Assembly: GCA_039621445.1 (NCBI GenBank)
Contig: CP154954.1
Coordinates: forward strand, 20,508,642-20,572,641
Direction of reading: 5' to 3'
From: Euglena gracilis
Lineage: Eukaryota
DNA: 64,000 nt
The translations under genes were made by a program, and so were the position numbers. Below the pieces are notes generated by a model that was not told the origin of the DNA, ran no database searches, and saw only the letters and a program-made list of their open reading frames with translations. Below, piece by piece: positions 1 to 12,400 of this stretch (positions are counted from its first letter, which is position 1; every line of letters begins with the position of its first letter).

Positions 1-3000
1 CGCCCGAGGCACCGCAGCCCCTGCCCCTTTTCAAAGACAAGGCACGGAGGTGTTGGGGACGCGGGGGGGACGCGGGGGGGTCGCGGGGGGGGACGCGGGG
101 GCACCACCATTCTAGGTACCATGATCAAAGCTGACGTTTTTTTAAAAAAAAATTACTTTGTTTAAAAAAAACCAACAAAAAAGTGTTTTTTTAAAAAAAA
201 TGGAAAGCGTGTTTTTTAAAAGAAGTTTTACAACGCAAAAGTCTTGTCCTCTAAAAAAAAAGGCTCCAAAAACCGGTGCGTTTCCACACCCAAAATGGAG
301 TTTTGTCAAAAATGGCCCGACATTCATCCCAAAAAATGTGATGGTCGATAAGAATATCCTACAAAATTCCCTTTCAAAAAAATTCTTTGGAGGCTAGGCG
401 CGCCACTAGGGGGGGGGTCCGGGACCCCCCTCCCCCCCCCCCCCGCGGCCCCTCGGACCCCCCCCTCCCCACTGTGCCTAGCATAGCCAAGAAAAAGGCA
501 TTTTTTTGAGCAAAAATGGCCCAAAAATGGCCAAAAATGACCATTTTTGGACCCGAAAATGGGCCGCGCACCGCCCGGCGGCCCTCCCCCCCCCCTCAGC
601 GGTGTCGGAACAATTTTTTCCCGGGGGGGGGGGGGGCGAGGAACCGACAAAATTTGGAGCACATCCTTTTTTCCCCGGCGCGAAGGAAGCGCCGAGGAAA
701 ATTTTTTTCATAGCACAACCAAAATGTACTTTTTTCTGTCCCCCTGGCCCCGAAGGGGCCGAGACGCTAACGCCTTTTTTTGAAGTCCAATGCTCCAAAA
801 ACTTGAGCTAGAAAGCGAAATCATGGGTAGAACCCCTTTGGAAACCTCCCAATTCAACCCAACTGTCGACTTCGCAACCTGGGGGGGGGTGAAGAAGCCC
901 CCTCAGCCCCCCCCCCACCGTGCCTAGTCTCCTTTGAAAGGCAGTCTCTAGCAAACTCAAAATGGGAAGATGGCTCTTTGGTATGCACCATGATCAGAAT
1001 TTCCAGGTGAGAGGATGGGCTGAACGCCATGGGCTGTAAAAAATCGACAAAATGGAAAAGACAACAGGAGATGGGAACGGTGTCAACAAAAAGGACACAA
1101 AATGGGAAATGTGTGCAGTGGTTGCAGGGGGACATCCTAGGATTAGCATTGATCATGCCGAACAAATAGGAAATAACAAATGGACACTCTTTGCATGGCC
1201 AACACCAATTGTCTTCCCGAATCCCATCAACTACAGTGTAAAGAAATGGGAAGCATTCCCTTAGAGACTCGTTAGGTCACGACCTTCACCCATCACAAGC
1301 GGTAGGGGGGTCCCACGGGACCCCTCCACCCATGCCTGGGCTCCAGCAACTCACATTTTTTGAGGGGCAAGGATAAAAATTTTGACTTATCACTTGTTTT
1401 TGCAACGTTCTTTTTCCTTCTCCCCTCTTCTTCGTTTCATCGCATCAAGCAATGCAGAAAAGCCTCTTCAAAAAAAAGGACACCAAGCCACTTGGTGGGG
1501 ACGCGGGGGGGACGCGGGGGGGGGGGGACGCGGGGGCTCAACCCCCATTTAGTCCTAATTCATGTGACTTTTCTTCTTCTGGGTGTCTATTTTTTTTTGG
1601 TCGCATTCACCATGTTTTGAAAGCCCCTGGAGGGGTTCAAGTGTGGAGAAGCTGGAAATGCTGTTGCCACTGGCCGCAGGTACTGTGGCCGGTGCTGGTA
1701 TTGCTTTGCGCCTGAAAAGGCCTTGCTTCTGTTTTCTGGGCGCAAAGGCCCCCTATTCAAGTTGTTTGGTGAAGCATTCAAGTTTGGGTGAAGCCGAAGA
1801 AGTTCAAGCAATAACTGAAGTTCAAGAACTATCAAGTTCTTGGTGAACTTCACCGGTGAAGTTCACCGATGGGTTAGGCAGAGGTGGGGGGCCCGGGACC
1901 CCCCGGTGAACTTTCAAACGGTGAACTTCACCATAGGGGGGGGGGAGGGGGGTCAAAATGACCAAAGTCTACTGCCTGATCCCCTGAGGAGTAAGTGGAC
2001 AGACCCCTTGTCAGTCCTGTACCCTCGTATTGCTGCTCGTCCAGAAGGCAAACCTGTGGGGCAGGTTTCATCAAACAACCACCTCCCCCTGTGGGGTAAG
2101 CACACCAACGTTTGCCACAGCCTTCGTACGGCTTCACCACAACACTGCGCACGGTCGGTGGAAAAACAAAAGCTCTGTCGTTCCACCCAGAAGAACTCTT
2201 CGGAAAACGCCCGAGGCACCGCAGCCCCTGCCCCTTTTCAAAGACAAGGCACGGAGGTGTTGGGGACGCGGGGGCACCACCATTCTAGGGACCATGATCA
2301 AAGCTGACGTTTTTTTTAAAAAAAATTACTTTGTTTAAAAAAACCAACAAAAAAGTGTTTTTTAAAAAAAAATGGAAAGCGTGTTTTTTAAAAGAAGTTT
2401 TACAACGCAAAAGTCTTGTCCTCTAAAAAAAAAGGCTCCAAAAACCGGTGCGTTTCCACACCCAAAATGGAGTTTTGTCAAAAATGGCCCGACATTCATC
2501 CCAAAAAATGTGATGGTCGATAAGAATATCCTACAAAATTCCCTTTCAAAAAAATTCTTTGGAGGCTAGGCGCGCCACTGGGGGGGGGGGGGGCCGGCCC
2601 CCCCCCCCCCCCCCCCCGCGGCCCCTCGGACCCTCCCCTCCCCACTGTGCCTAGCATAGCCAAGAAAAAGGCACTTTTTTTTGAGCAAAAATGGCCCAAA
2701 AATGGCCAAAAATGACCATTTTTTGGACCCGAAAATGGGCCGCGCACCGCCCGGCGGCCCTCCCCCCCCCCCTCAGCGGTGTCGGAACAATTTTTCCCGG
2801 GGGGGGGGGGGGGCAAGGAACCGACAAAATTTGGAGCACATCCTTTTTTCCCCGGCGCGAAGGAAGCGCCGAGGAAATTTTTTTCATGGCACAACCAAAA
2901 TGTACTTTTTTCTGTCCCCCTGGCCCCGAAGGGGCCGAGACGCTAACGCCTTTTTAGAAGTCCAATGCTCCAAAAACTTGAGCTAGAAAGCGAAATCATG

Positions 3001-4149
3001 GGTAGAACCCCTTTGGAAACCTCCCAACTCAACCCAATTGTCGACTTCGCAACCTGGGGGGGGGTGAAGAAGCCCCCTCAGCCCCCCCCCCACCGTGCCT
3101 AGTCTCCTTTGAAAGGCAGTCTCCAGCAAACTCAAAATGGGAAGATGGCTCTTTGGTATACACCATGATCAGAATTTCCAGGTGAGAGGATGGGCTGAAC
3201 GCCATGGGCTGTAAAAAATCGACAAAATGGAAAAGACAACAGGAACGGTGTCAACAAAAAGGACACAAAATGGGAAATGTGTGCAGTGGTTGCAGGGGGA
3301 CATTCTAGGATTAGCATTGATCATGCCGAACAAACAGGAAATAACAAATGGACACCCTTTGCATGGCCAACACCAATTGTCTTCCCGAATCCCATCAACT
3401 ACAGTGTAAAGAAATGGGAAGCATTCCCTTAGAGACTCGTTAGGTCACGACCTTCACCCATCACAAGCGGTAGGGGGGTCCCACGGGACCCCTCCACCCA
3501 TGCCTGGGCTCCAGCGAACAACTCACATTTTTTGAGGGGCAAGGATAAATTTTTGACTTATCACTTGTTTTTGCAACGTTCTTTTTCCTTCTCCCCTCTT
3601 CTTCGTTTCATCGCATCAAGCATTGCAGAAAAGCCTCTTCAAAAAAAAGGACACCAAGCCACTTGGTGGGGACGCGGGGGGGACGCGGGGGGGGGGGGGG
3701 GACGCGGGGGGGAGGCGGGGGCTCAACCCCCATTTAGTCCTAATTCATGTGACTTTTCTTCTTCTGAGTGTCTATTTTTTTTGGTCGCATTCACCATGTT
3801 TTGAAAGCCCCTGGAGGGGTTCAAGTGTGGAGAAGCTGGAAATGCTGTTGCCACTGGCCGCAGGTACTATATCCGTGGACTGAGGCCCAAGACACACACT
3901 GTGTCTCGTGGACTGAGTCCACGAGACACAGTGTGTGTCCCCGTGGACTGGGACACACACTGTGTCTCGTGGACTGAAAAATAAAAGGTGTTTGCCAGAA
4001 ATGCGAGGTGTTCTACATCTAATGCAATGCAGCAGGGCAGTGGAAAGATGGTCACCGGACAACCGTGAGCTGTAACAGCTGAGAGACAGTTGGCGCGAAT
4101 TTGGAACAATAGTCGTCGGGACACGGAACGGCATAACAGACAACGAGGA

Positions 4150-4829
4150 GACGTAACGAGTAACCCAGCGTTACGCCTTACTGACCAACACAGAGCCGAC
4201 GTCATGAGGCGGTTCAGTTGCGGAAACTGTTTTTTGGAAGATGGAACCAGAATGCCGTCCGGGTCAACAGATGTGAACACCCGTGCGAGAGAGTTGAAAT
4301 GACCTCGGACAGTAGAAGGCAGGTATGTCTCGAATTTGAATGTGGTGCCACACTGTGCCCGGCGTTGTTGCTCAGCTTGATTGATGAGGGTAGCCTCATC
4401 AAACAAATATCTGGGGTCAATGACCCAACCAGCCCATGCGGAAAAAAAGCCATCCAGGTCCTCATACTGAGCGTTCAGATGTTTACACGCCTGCTGGAAC
4501 TCCAACAGGCGTGTAACAGCTACACGCTCAGCCTTTGCGGTCCATTTTGGGTTCTCTTCCAACACGTTGGCCAACAACGTACCGTGTATTGTGTCAAGAA
4601 CTGTGTTTGGGCCAAGAGTTAGGGGGAGCCCAGGGGCGGGGACCGCGGCGCCGAAGGCGCCGCGGTCGCCCCTGGGCCCCCCTAAAACCTTGGCCCAAAA
4701 CACTGTTCTGGGTCAACAGCAGCGCCCTTCTGCAAATCGACCAAATACTTTTCCAGTGTAGCAACAAATTCATCTGGTTTCGGGGGTCGGGGGAGCATGC
4801 GGTCCACACTGTTTGCGGTCTTCTTCATT
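4150..4829 (-). pseudogene. Truncated tyrosine-recombinase-like ORF (N-terminal/core-binding part), split by a 111-bp hairpin insertion
   Basis: MKKTANSVDRMLPRPPKPDEF...LDGFFSAWAGWVIDPRYLF...STVRGHFNSLARVF...VPSSKKQFPQLNRLM aligns by eye with ORFs 21429-22352 and 26316-27113. 3' boundary approximate. Confidence 0.7.
4598..4708. mobile_element. 111-bp palindromic mini-insertion with an 8-bp TSD-like flank
   Basis: GAACTGTGTTTGGGCCAAG...CTTGGCCCAAAACACTGTTC with tip GGCGCC-GAA-GGCGCC. Flanks TGTGTCAA (4590-4597) and TGGGTCAA (4709-4716). Confidence 0.7.
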
Positions 4830-7038
4830 TTCCGAAAGAAAAAACTGCAAGGACAGATAGTGGAATGTGGTAAAACTTGTCCACGAGAAACCTTTATGCT
4901 CTGAGCCAAGTTATTGGGGGGCACTTGTTGGTCGGACCAGTGGGAATTCTTGATTTTTTCAGTTCACGAGGACACACACTGTGTCTCGTGGACTGGCAGT
5001 CCACGAGACACAGTGTGTGTCTTCGTGAACTGAAAATTTGACAAAAAATCGCAAAAAAATACGGGGTAGACATTGCGTGGCTAAGTTCCACGAGACACAG
5101 TGTGTGTCTTGGGCCTCTTAGTCAACGGATATAGACAAAAATCGTCCATTGTAACCCGGACACACCGTGTACCCGGGTTATGGGCGCCTTCGGCGCCCAT
5201 AACCCGGACACACGGTGTGTCCGGGTGACATGGACGATTTTTGTGTAGTGGCCGGTGCTGGTATTGCTTTGCGCCTGAAAAGGCCTTGCTTCTGTTTTCT
5301 GGGCGCAAAGGCCCCCTATCCAAGTTGTTTGGTGAAGCATTCAAGTTTGGGTGAAGCCGAAGAAGTTCAAGCAATAACTGAAGTTCAAGAACTATCAAGT
5401 TCTTGGTGAACTTCACCGGTGAAGTTCACCGATGGGTTAGGCAGAGGTGGGGGGCCCGGGACCCCCCGGTGAACTTTCAAACGGTGAACTTCACCATAGG
5501 GGGGGGGGAGGGGGGTCAAAATGACCAAAGTCTACTGCCTGATCCCCTGAGGAGTAAGTAGACAGACCCCTTGTCAGTCCTGTACCCTCGTATTGCTGCT
5601 CGTCCAGAAGGCAAACCTGTGGGGCAGGTTTCATCAAACAACCACCTCCCCCTGTGGGGTAAGCACACCAACGTTTGCCACAGCCTTCGTACGGCTTCAC
5701 CACAACACTGCGCACGGTCGGTGGAAAAACAAAAGCTCTGTCGTTCCACCCAGAAGAACTCTTCGGAAAACGCCCGAGGCACCGCAGCCCCTGCCCCTTT
5801 TCAAAGACAAGGCACGGAGGTGTTGGGGACGCGGGGGGGACGCGGGGGGGGACGCGGGGGGGGACGCGGGGGCACCACCATTCTAGGGACCATGATCAAA
5901 GCTGACGTTTTTTTTAAAAAAAAATTACTTTGTTTAAAAAAACCAACAAAAAAGTTTTTTTTAAAAAAAATGGAAAGTGTGTTTTTTAAAAGAAGTTTTA
6001 CAACGCAAAAGTCTTGTCCTCTAAAAAAAAGGCTCCAAAAACCGGTGCGTTTCCACACCCAAAATGGAGTTTTGTCAAAAATGGCCCGACATTCATCCCA
6101 AAAAATGTGATGGTCGATAAGAATATCCTACAAAATTCCCTTTCAAAAAAATTCTTTGGAGGCTAGGCGCGCCACTGGGGGGGGGGTCCGGGACCCCCCT
6201 CCCCCCCCCCCCCCGCGGCCCCTCGGACCCCCCCCCTCCCCACTGTGCCTAGCATAGCCAAGAAAAAGGCATTTTTTTTGAGCAAAAATGGCCCAAAAAT
6301 GGCCAAAAATGACCATTTTTTGGACCCGAAAATGGGCCGCGCACCGCCCGGCGGCCCTCCCCCCCCCTCAGCGGTGTCGGAACAATTTTTTCCCGGGGGG
6401 GGGGGGGGGCGAGGAACCGACAAAATTTGGAGCACATCCTTTTTTCCCGGCGCGAAGGAAGCGCCGAGGAAAATTTTTTTCATGGCACAACCAAAATGTA
6501 CTTTTTTCTGTCTCCCTGGCCCCGAAGGGGCCGAGACGCTAACGCCTTTTTTGAAGTCCAATGCTCCAAAAACTTGAGCTAGAAAGCGAAATCATGGGTA
6601 GAACCCCTTTGGAAACCTCCCAACTCAACCCAATTGTCGACTTCGCAACCTGCGGGGGGGGGGGTGAAGAAGCCCCCTCAGCCCCCCCCCCACCGTGCCT
6701 AGTCTCCTTTGAAAGGCAGTCTCTAGCAAACTCAAAATGGGAAGATGGCTCTTTGGTATACACCATGATCAGAATTTCCAGGTGAGAGGATGGGCTGAAC
6801 GCCATGGGCTGTAAAAAATCGACAAAATGGAAAAGACAACAGGAGATGGGAACGGTGTCAACAAAAAGGACACAAAATGGGAAATGTGTGCAGTGGTTGC
6901 AGGGGGACATTCTAGGATTAGCATTGATCATGCCGAACAAATAGGAAATAACAAATGGACACCCTTTGCATGGCCAACACCAATTGTCTTCCCGAATCCC
7001 ATCAACTACAGTGTAAAGAAATGGGAAGCATTCCCTTA

Positions 7039-7467
7039 GGAGGCTAGGCGCGCCGCTCGGGGGAGTCCGGGACCCCCCCCCTCCCCCCACCCGCGCGGCC
7101 GCCCGCGCGGCCGCTCGCCCCCCCCTGGACCCCCCCCCTCCCCCCACTAGCCAAGAAAAAAATTTTGGTGAAAAATCGATATTTTTTGAGGCCCAAAAAT
7201 GACCAAAAATGACCATTTTCGGACACAAAATGGCAAATTTGGGGGCCGCGCGCTTTGCGCGCGGCCAAAAAAGCACTTTTTTGGTCAAAAATGGCCCAAA
7301 AATGGCAAAAAATGCCCACTTTTTGGACCCGAAAATCACCGATTTTAGGATGCGTTCCGCCCGCGCGGCCGCCCTCGGACCCCCCTCCCCCCCCCTCCCC
7401 CCCGCGCGGCGCCCCGCGCCCCGCTCGCCCCCCCCTCAGCCCCCCCCCCCCGCTGTGCCTAGCCTCC
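7039..7467. mobile_element. MITE with 3-bp TSD (PIF/Harbinger-like)
   Basis: TIR GGAGGCTAGGC...GCCTAGCCTCC, TTA on both sides, absent from tandem units 1 and 2. Confidence 0.8.
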
Positions 7468-9319
7468 TTAGAAGACTCGTTAGGTCACGACCTTCACCCA
7501 TCACAAGCGGTAGGGGGGTCCCACGGGACCCCTCCACCCATGCCTGGGCTCCAGCGAACAACTCACATTTTTTGAGGGGCAAGGATAAAATTTTTGACTT
7601 ATCACTTGTTTTTGCAACGTTCTTTTTCCTTCTCCCCTCTTCTTCGTTTCATCGCATCAAGCATTGCAGAAAAGCCTCTTCAAAAAAAAGGACACCAAGC
7701 CACTTGGTGGGGACGCGGGGGGGACGCGGGGGGGGACGCGGGGGGGACGCGGGGGCTCAACCCCCATTTAGTCCTAATTCATGACTTTTCTTCTTCTGGG
7801 TGTCTATTTTTTTTTGGTCGCATTCACCATGTTTTGAAAGCCCCTGGAGGGGTTCAGACCTGGAAGGGGTTCAGTGTGAGAAAGTGTGGAAGCTTGGAAA
7901 TGCTGTTGTTGCCCACTGGCCGCAGGGGGACTGGTACTGTGGCCGGTGCTGGTATTGCTGCTTTGCGCCTGAAAAGGCCTTGCTTCTGTTTTCTTTCCTG
8001 GGCGCAAAGGCCCCCCTATATTCAAGTTGTTTGGTGAAGCATTCAAGTTTGGGTGAAGCCGAAGAAGTTCAAGCAATAACTGAAGTTCAAGAACTCAAGT
8101 TCTTGGTGAACTTCACCGGTGAAGTTCAACCCGATGGGTTAGGCAGAGGTGGGGGGCCCCCGGGACCCCCCGGTGAACTTTCAAACGGTGAACTTCACCA
8201 TAGGGGGGGGAGGGGGTCAAAATGACCAAAGTCTACTGCCTGATCCCCTGAGGAGTAAGTGGACAGACCCCTTGTCAGTCCTGTACCCTCGTATTGCTGC
8301 TCGTCCAGGAGGCAAACCTGTGGGGCAGGTTTCATCAAACAACCACCTCCCCCTGTGGGGTAAGCACACCAACGTTTGCCACAGCCTTCGTACGGCTTCA
8401 CCACAACACTGCGCACGGTCGGTGGAAAAACAAACGCTCTGTCGTTCCACCCAGAAGAACTCTTCGGAAAACGCCCGAGGCACCGCAGCCCCTGCCCCTT
8501 TTCAAAGACAAGGCACGGAGGACAGCAGGGTCACGCAGAAAAGGAAGACGCTACAAGGCCCAGGCGATACCTCCGCTCGACACGACAAAAGGTCTCGGAA
8601 GCCCATGGGGGGCATTTGGCCCGACCAACCTAGCCGGCTGGCAGACCAACCTAGCCGGCTGGCAGACCAACCTAGCCAGCCAACATGCCGGCTGTCCAGA
8701 TGTTTGTCCAGATGAAAGCCACTATCGCTAGCCGCCCGGCTATCCAGACCAAACAATACGTACGCGCGCTGTGTACGTATTGTGCTAGGGGGACTAAGTT
8801 CGTCGGGGCCAAACTTCGCCCGGGTGAATGTTCGGACCTTAGGAGCTCCGGACAAAAAGATGCCTGCCGGAGGCACCCCCCCCCCCGTAGTGGAGAAGCG
8901 GACCACGACCGGCGCGAGCATTCGGTGATGTGTCCTGACCGTCCCCCCAGTCACGCAGGGTTCCCCCGGGAAAAAAGGTGCAGAACATTAACTCGCAGGT
9001 GTGTTACATTTTCTGCAGAAGCCTGATTTGATCATTTACCCAAGGTGCGCCCAAGGCGTCGCAAAAAAAACCTAAATAAATCCAGCCTGAAAAGCAAAAG
9101 GATTTGTTTCAAGGGGGCATAACCCAAAAAAAATACAAATAATAATACAGGGGGTGGCGTGCAGACCAGCAGATCGCACTTACAATGCAAAACCCCAACG
9201 GCAGGTTGGTACACCCCTCCCCCCCCCCTCTCCGAGTGCCTCGCCACGTAGCCGGACCCCCTCCCCACCGGGATTTTCGCGATTTTTTGAGATTTTCGCG
9301 ATTTTTTGAGGGAAAATTT

Positions 9320-9345
9320 CTTTCTGAGTGTCTATTTTTTTTTCG
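9320..9345 (+). other. Euglenid spliced-leader exon sequence, genomic copy 1
   Basis: CTTTCTGAGTGTCTATTTTTTTTTCG matches the Euglena SL exon as recalled; followed by CATAAT rather than a GT donor. Confidence 0.85.
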
Positions 9346-9381
9346 CATAATACATGGCGGACAATTGAAAGGGGAAAATAG

Positions 9382-9410
9382 ACACTTTCTGAGTGTCTAT
9401 TTTTTTTTCG
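9382..9410 (+). other. Euglenid spliced-leader exon sequence, genomic copy 2
   Basis: ACACTTTCTGAGTGTCTATTTTTTTTTCG, part of a ~52-bp direct duplication (9320-9371 / 9385-9436) just upstream of the retroelement ORF. Confidence 0.88.
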
Positions 9411-9442
9411 CATAATACATGGCGGACAATTGAAAGCCCCTG

Positions 9443-12400
9443 GTGGGGTCAAGTATCCAAGTTAAGAGTTCAATTGCCATTGAGAGTCACCCACAAGTCC
9501 TGCTGGTGCAGGCAGAAGCAGTCCTGAAGTCCTGCTGGTGCAGGCAGAAGCAGCCTTGCAGTCCTGGTGGTGCAGGCAGAGGAACTCCTGGTGGTGCAAC
9601 ACAAGAAGTCCTGCTGGTGCAGGCAGAAGCTGGTACTGGTGTACTGCTGCAGCTGGACATGCTGTCGTCAGTGGCATACTGGGCTGCTCAGCCCTGGTGG
9701 CAACTTATGGGCCTGCAAAGGCCCCCTCATCTGGGCCTGCAAAGGCCCCCTCATCTGGGCCTGCAAAGGCCCCCCCATCTGGGCCTGCAAAGGCCCCCTC
9801 ATCTGGGCCTGCAAAGGCCCCCCCATCTGGGCCTGCAAAGGCCCCTCATCATGGGCCTGCAAAGGCCCCCCATCTGCCAACCATTAAGTGCCACTTTCAG
9901 CTCCAGTGTCTTCCTTTCTGTGTTATGCATTGCATCCCAAACTTCATTTTGCAGCAGTTTTGACTTGACATTGAAAAACATTCTGCCACCCCAACCCCTC
10001 AGTGACACATTTTGCAGCAGTTTTGACTTGACAGTGAAAAACATTGTGCCACCCCAACCCCTCAGTGACACATTTTGCAGCAGTTTTGACTTGACAGTGA
10101 AAAACATTGTGCCACCCCAACCCCTCATTGACACCGTTTTACCCCATACTGCAAAGTCACTGGGCCTGCAAAGGCCCCCCTGTGACACCATTTTGGTCTG
10201 TTGCACCATTTTGCCCCAGTGGCCTGCAAAGGCCCTGGGCCTGCAAAGGCCCCCCTCCAACACCATTTTGCTCCAGTGGCCTGTAAAGGCCCTGGGCCTG
10301 CAAAGGCCCCCCTGTGACACCTTTTTGTCCTTCTTCCTTTTGTGTGCACTTGCTCACCTGACAATGGAAAAACTTCTGCACTCATTTCAAGTTGCAGCAT
10401 CCACACCCCCACCCACCAACCCACCAGGCACCCAAAACCCCCATGGTCCCAAGCTGGTTCTGCTGACATGGAGCCCCAAAACTGTCAGATACTGTTCCCC
10501 TGTTTCCCCAAAACCCACTCTGCAGTTTTCGGAACCAAAAAGTGCCCTGCAAACCCGTGGTTCCATTTTGCTCAAAACTGCCAGGCCCAATTTGCTGAAA
10601 GCCGCCAAAGCGACACAGAAAGTCAAAGCCTCTGTTTCCCCAAAGCTGCCAGGCACACTTTTAACCCCGGAGCCCCAAACCCCCATTTCCTGCAGACCTC
10701 CGGAACTGGAGTTTCAAAGGGAAAGGGATAGCTGGCCCAAACGCATGCCCACCAAGAAGCGCCAAAACCCCAGTACTTGCACCGGTCACCACCGTCGCTT
10801 GGGGCGCGGGGAAGGAATTTTGTCCTGTGGTGACATTCAGCCAAACCCAGGCCCCGCAGTACCCCCACAGACTGAAATTGACTTCAGCGAGGACCCGGCA
10901 AGGGCTGTCGGCTTCTTGATGGCAACTGCCTCGGTCCCACCCACCCTTGCCCCACTCTTGGAAACCTCTTCGCAAGATGGCCGGAATTTACAACAGCTCC
11001 TTCTGGACCTCATTGGGGGTGACCCAGCTCAGAGCGAACAACCTTTGAACTCTGCCTCGGCCCCATTGCCACACAGCGTCGCAATGAACATTGATGCCGC
11101 ATCCCACCCCCTCTCAGGACCATGCCCTGACCTTCATCCAACTTGGGAAGAAATTGCCCACGATCGCCGTGGGTCAATCAGCCTTATCCCTCGCGGGGCC
11201 ATCCAAGCAGTGGCCGAAGTCTATTGCACACTCTTGCGCCGCCTGAACGAACAAAGCACCTGGGAAGCCATGCACGCCCTTTGGTGCTTCCCAAAGGCAG
11301 TGCTGGCACCCTTTGGCCGTGGTGGGCGCGGTCACTGGGCACGGCTTGGCCGCATCCTGCAGGCTCGTTCACGACAATACCTAAACCGCCCGACGCTTGA
11401 GAGTTGGAAGGACACTTCTCCTCCAGTGGAAGCAACTAACGCACGAAAGAGACCACGTACTAGACTGGCTGCCTCGAAAGAGGAAGAAGTAACAAAAGAG
11501 GATTTTGTCTCCAGACTAGAACGACTGGTCGGCAGGGGTGCTGTATCCAAAGCGTGCAACCTGTTGACTTCCGATGGTGTTCAAGATCCCGACAACCCCT
11601 TGGTACGTGAACGCCTCCGGCAATTGCATCCACATGAACCGCCTCCTGGACTTGGCCCAACGACCATGAGACGTTCGCTACCAGCTGCCACTTCTGAGGA
11701 AGACATGCAACAACGCCGGACAATAGTGCGAAAGGCAGTCTTCAGCTTTGGCCCAGAATCTTCCCCAGGCCCCTCTGGCTTGAGGCCCGACCACCTTCGG
11801 TGTTTGATGGGGCATGATGCAGGTTGCCACGCAGATGACCTTTTGGACGAACTCACGACCTTCTGTTATCGCACCATTGACAATGGTTTGCCAAAAGGAC
11901 CTGCGGCAATCATGGCAGCAGCCAGACTGACAGCTTTGCGAAAAGTGAAAGCAGCCAAAAACACCGATGATTTCGGCAACCAATGCCCACCTGCTCCAGA
12001 AGAAGAGGGAACCAGGCCCATAGCAGCGGGCGAATGCCTACGTCGGCTGGTAGGAAAAGTGATCATGAGACAGGAGGTGGTGAGAACAGCAGTTCGCAAC
12101 AGTCTGCCTGGACAATTTGGTGTTGGCCATTCTGATCCCTGTTCCATTGTGGCCATTGGACTTCAGCAGCTTGTCGGCTGTCTCCATCACACAGGTGCTC
12201 AGGATTGGGGTGTGTTGCAATTGGACTTTGCAAATGCCTTCAACTGCCTGCGCCGTGAGGGTATGCTGGACGCTGTTCGAGAACGTTGCCCTGAAATGAC
12301 AGCATGGATGGAGAGCTGCTACAGTGAGCATTCCACTTTGTACTGTGGGTCAACCTCCTTTCGCAGCAAAAGTGGTGTGCAACAAGGTGACCCATGTGGT

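Larger units (their letters stand above)
3869..5247 (-). mobile_element. Hairpin-ended tyrosine-recombinase-family element, copy 1 (internally deleted)
   Basis: Absent from unit 1 (empty site CAGGTACT^GTGGCC), no TSD. The left end is repeated inverted at ~5085-5134, followed by a terminal hairpin 5132-5247 with tip GGCGCC-TTC-GGCGCC. The minus-strand ORF is homologous to the YR ORF at 21429-22352. Confidence 0.85.
1..8520. repeat. Tandem array of a ~2.2-kb composite unit (units start at 1, 2208, 5771; partial at 8472)
   Basis: The anchor CGCCCGAGGCACCGCAGCC recurs at 1, 2208, 5771 and 8472 with near-identical intervening sequence. Unit 2 has a 1.38-kb insertion and unit 3 a 0.43-kb insertion. 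Confidence 0.93.

Noticed and set aside
780-1345. Possible degenerate RT fragment on the minus strand of the tandem unit
   Set aside because: Only faint motif similarity, with stops and frameshifts; cannot be supported without an HMM search.
9320-9410. Functional SL RNA gene
   Set aside because: No GT donor after the leader exon and no recognisable SL intron.
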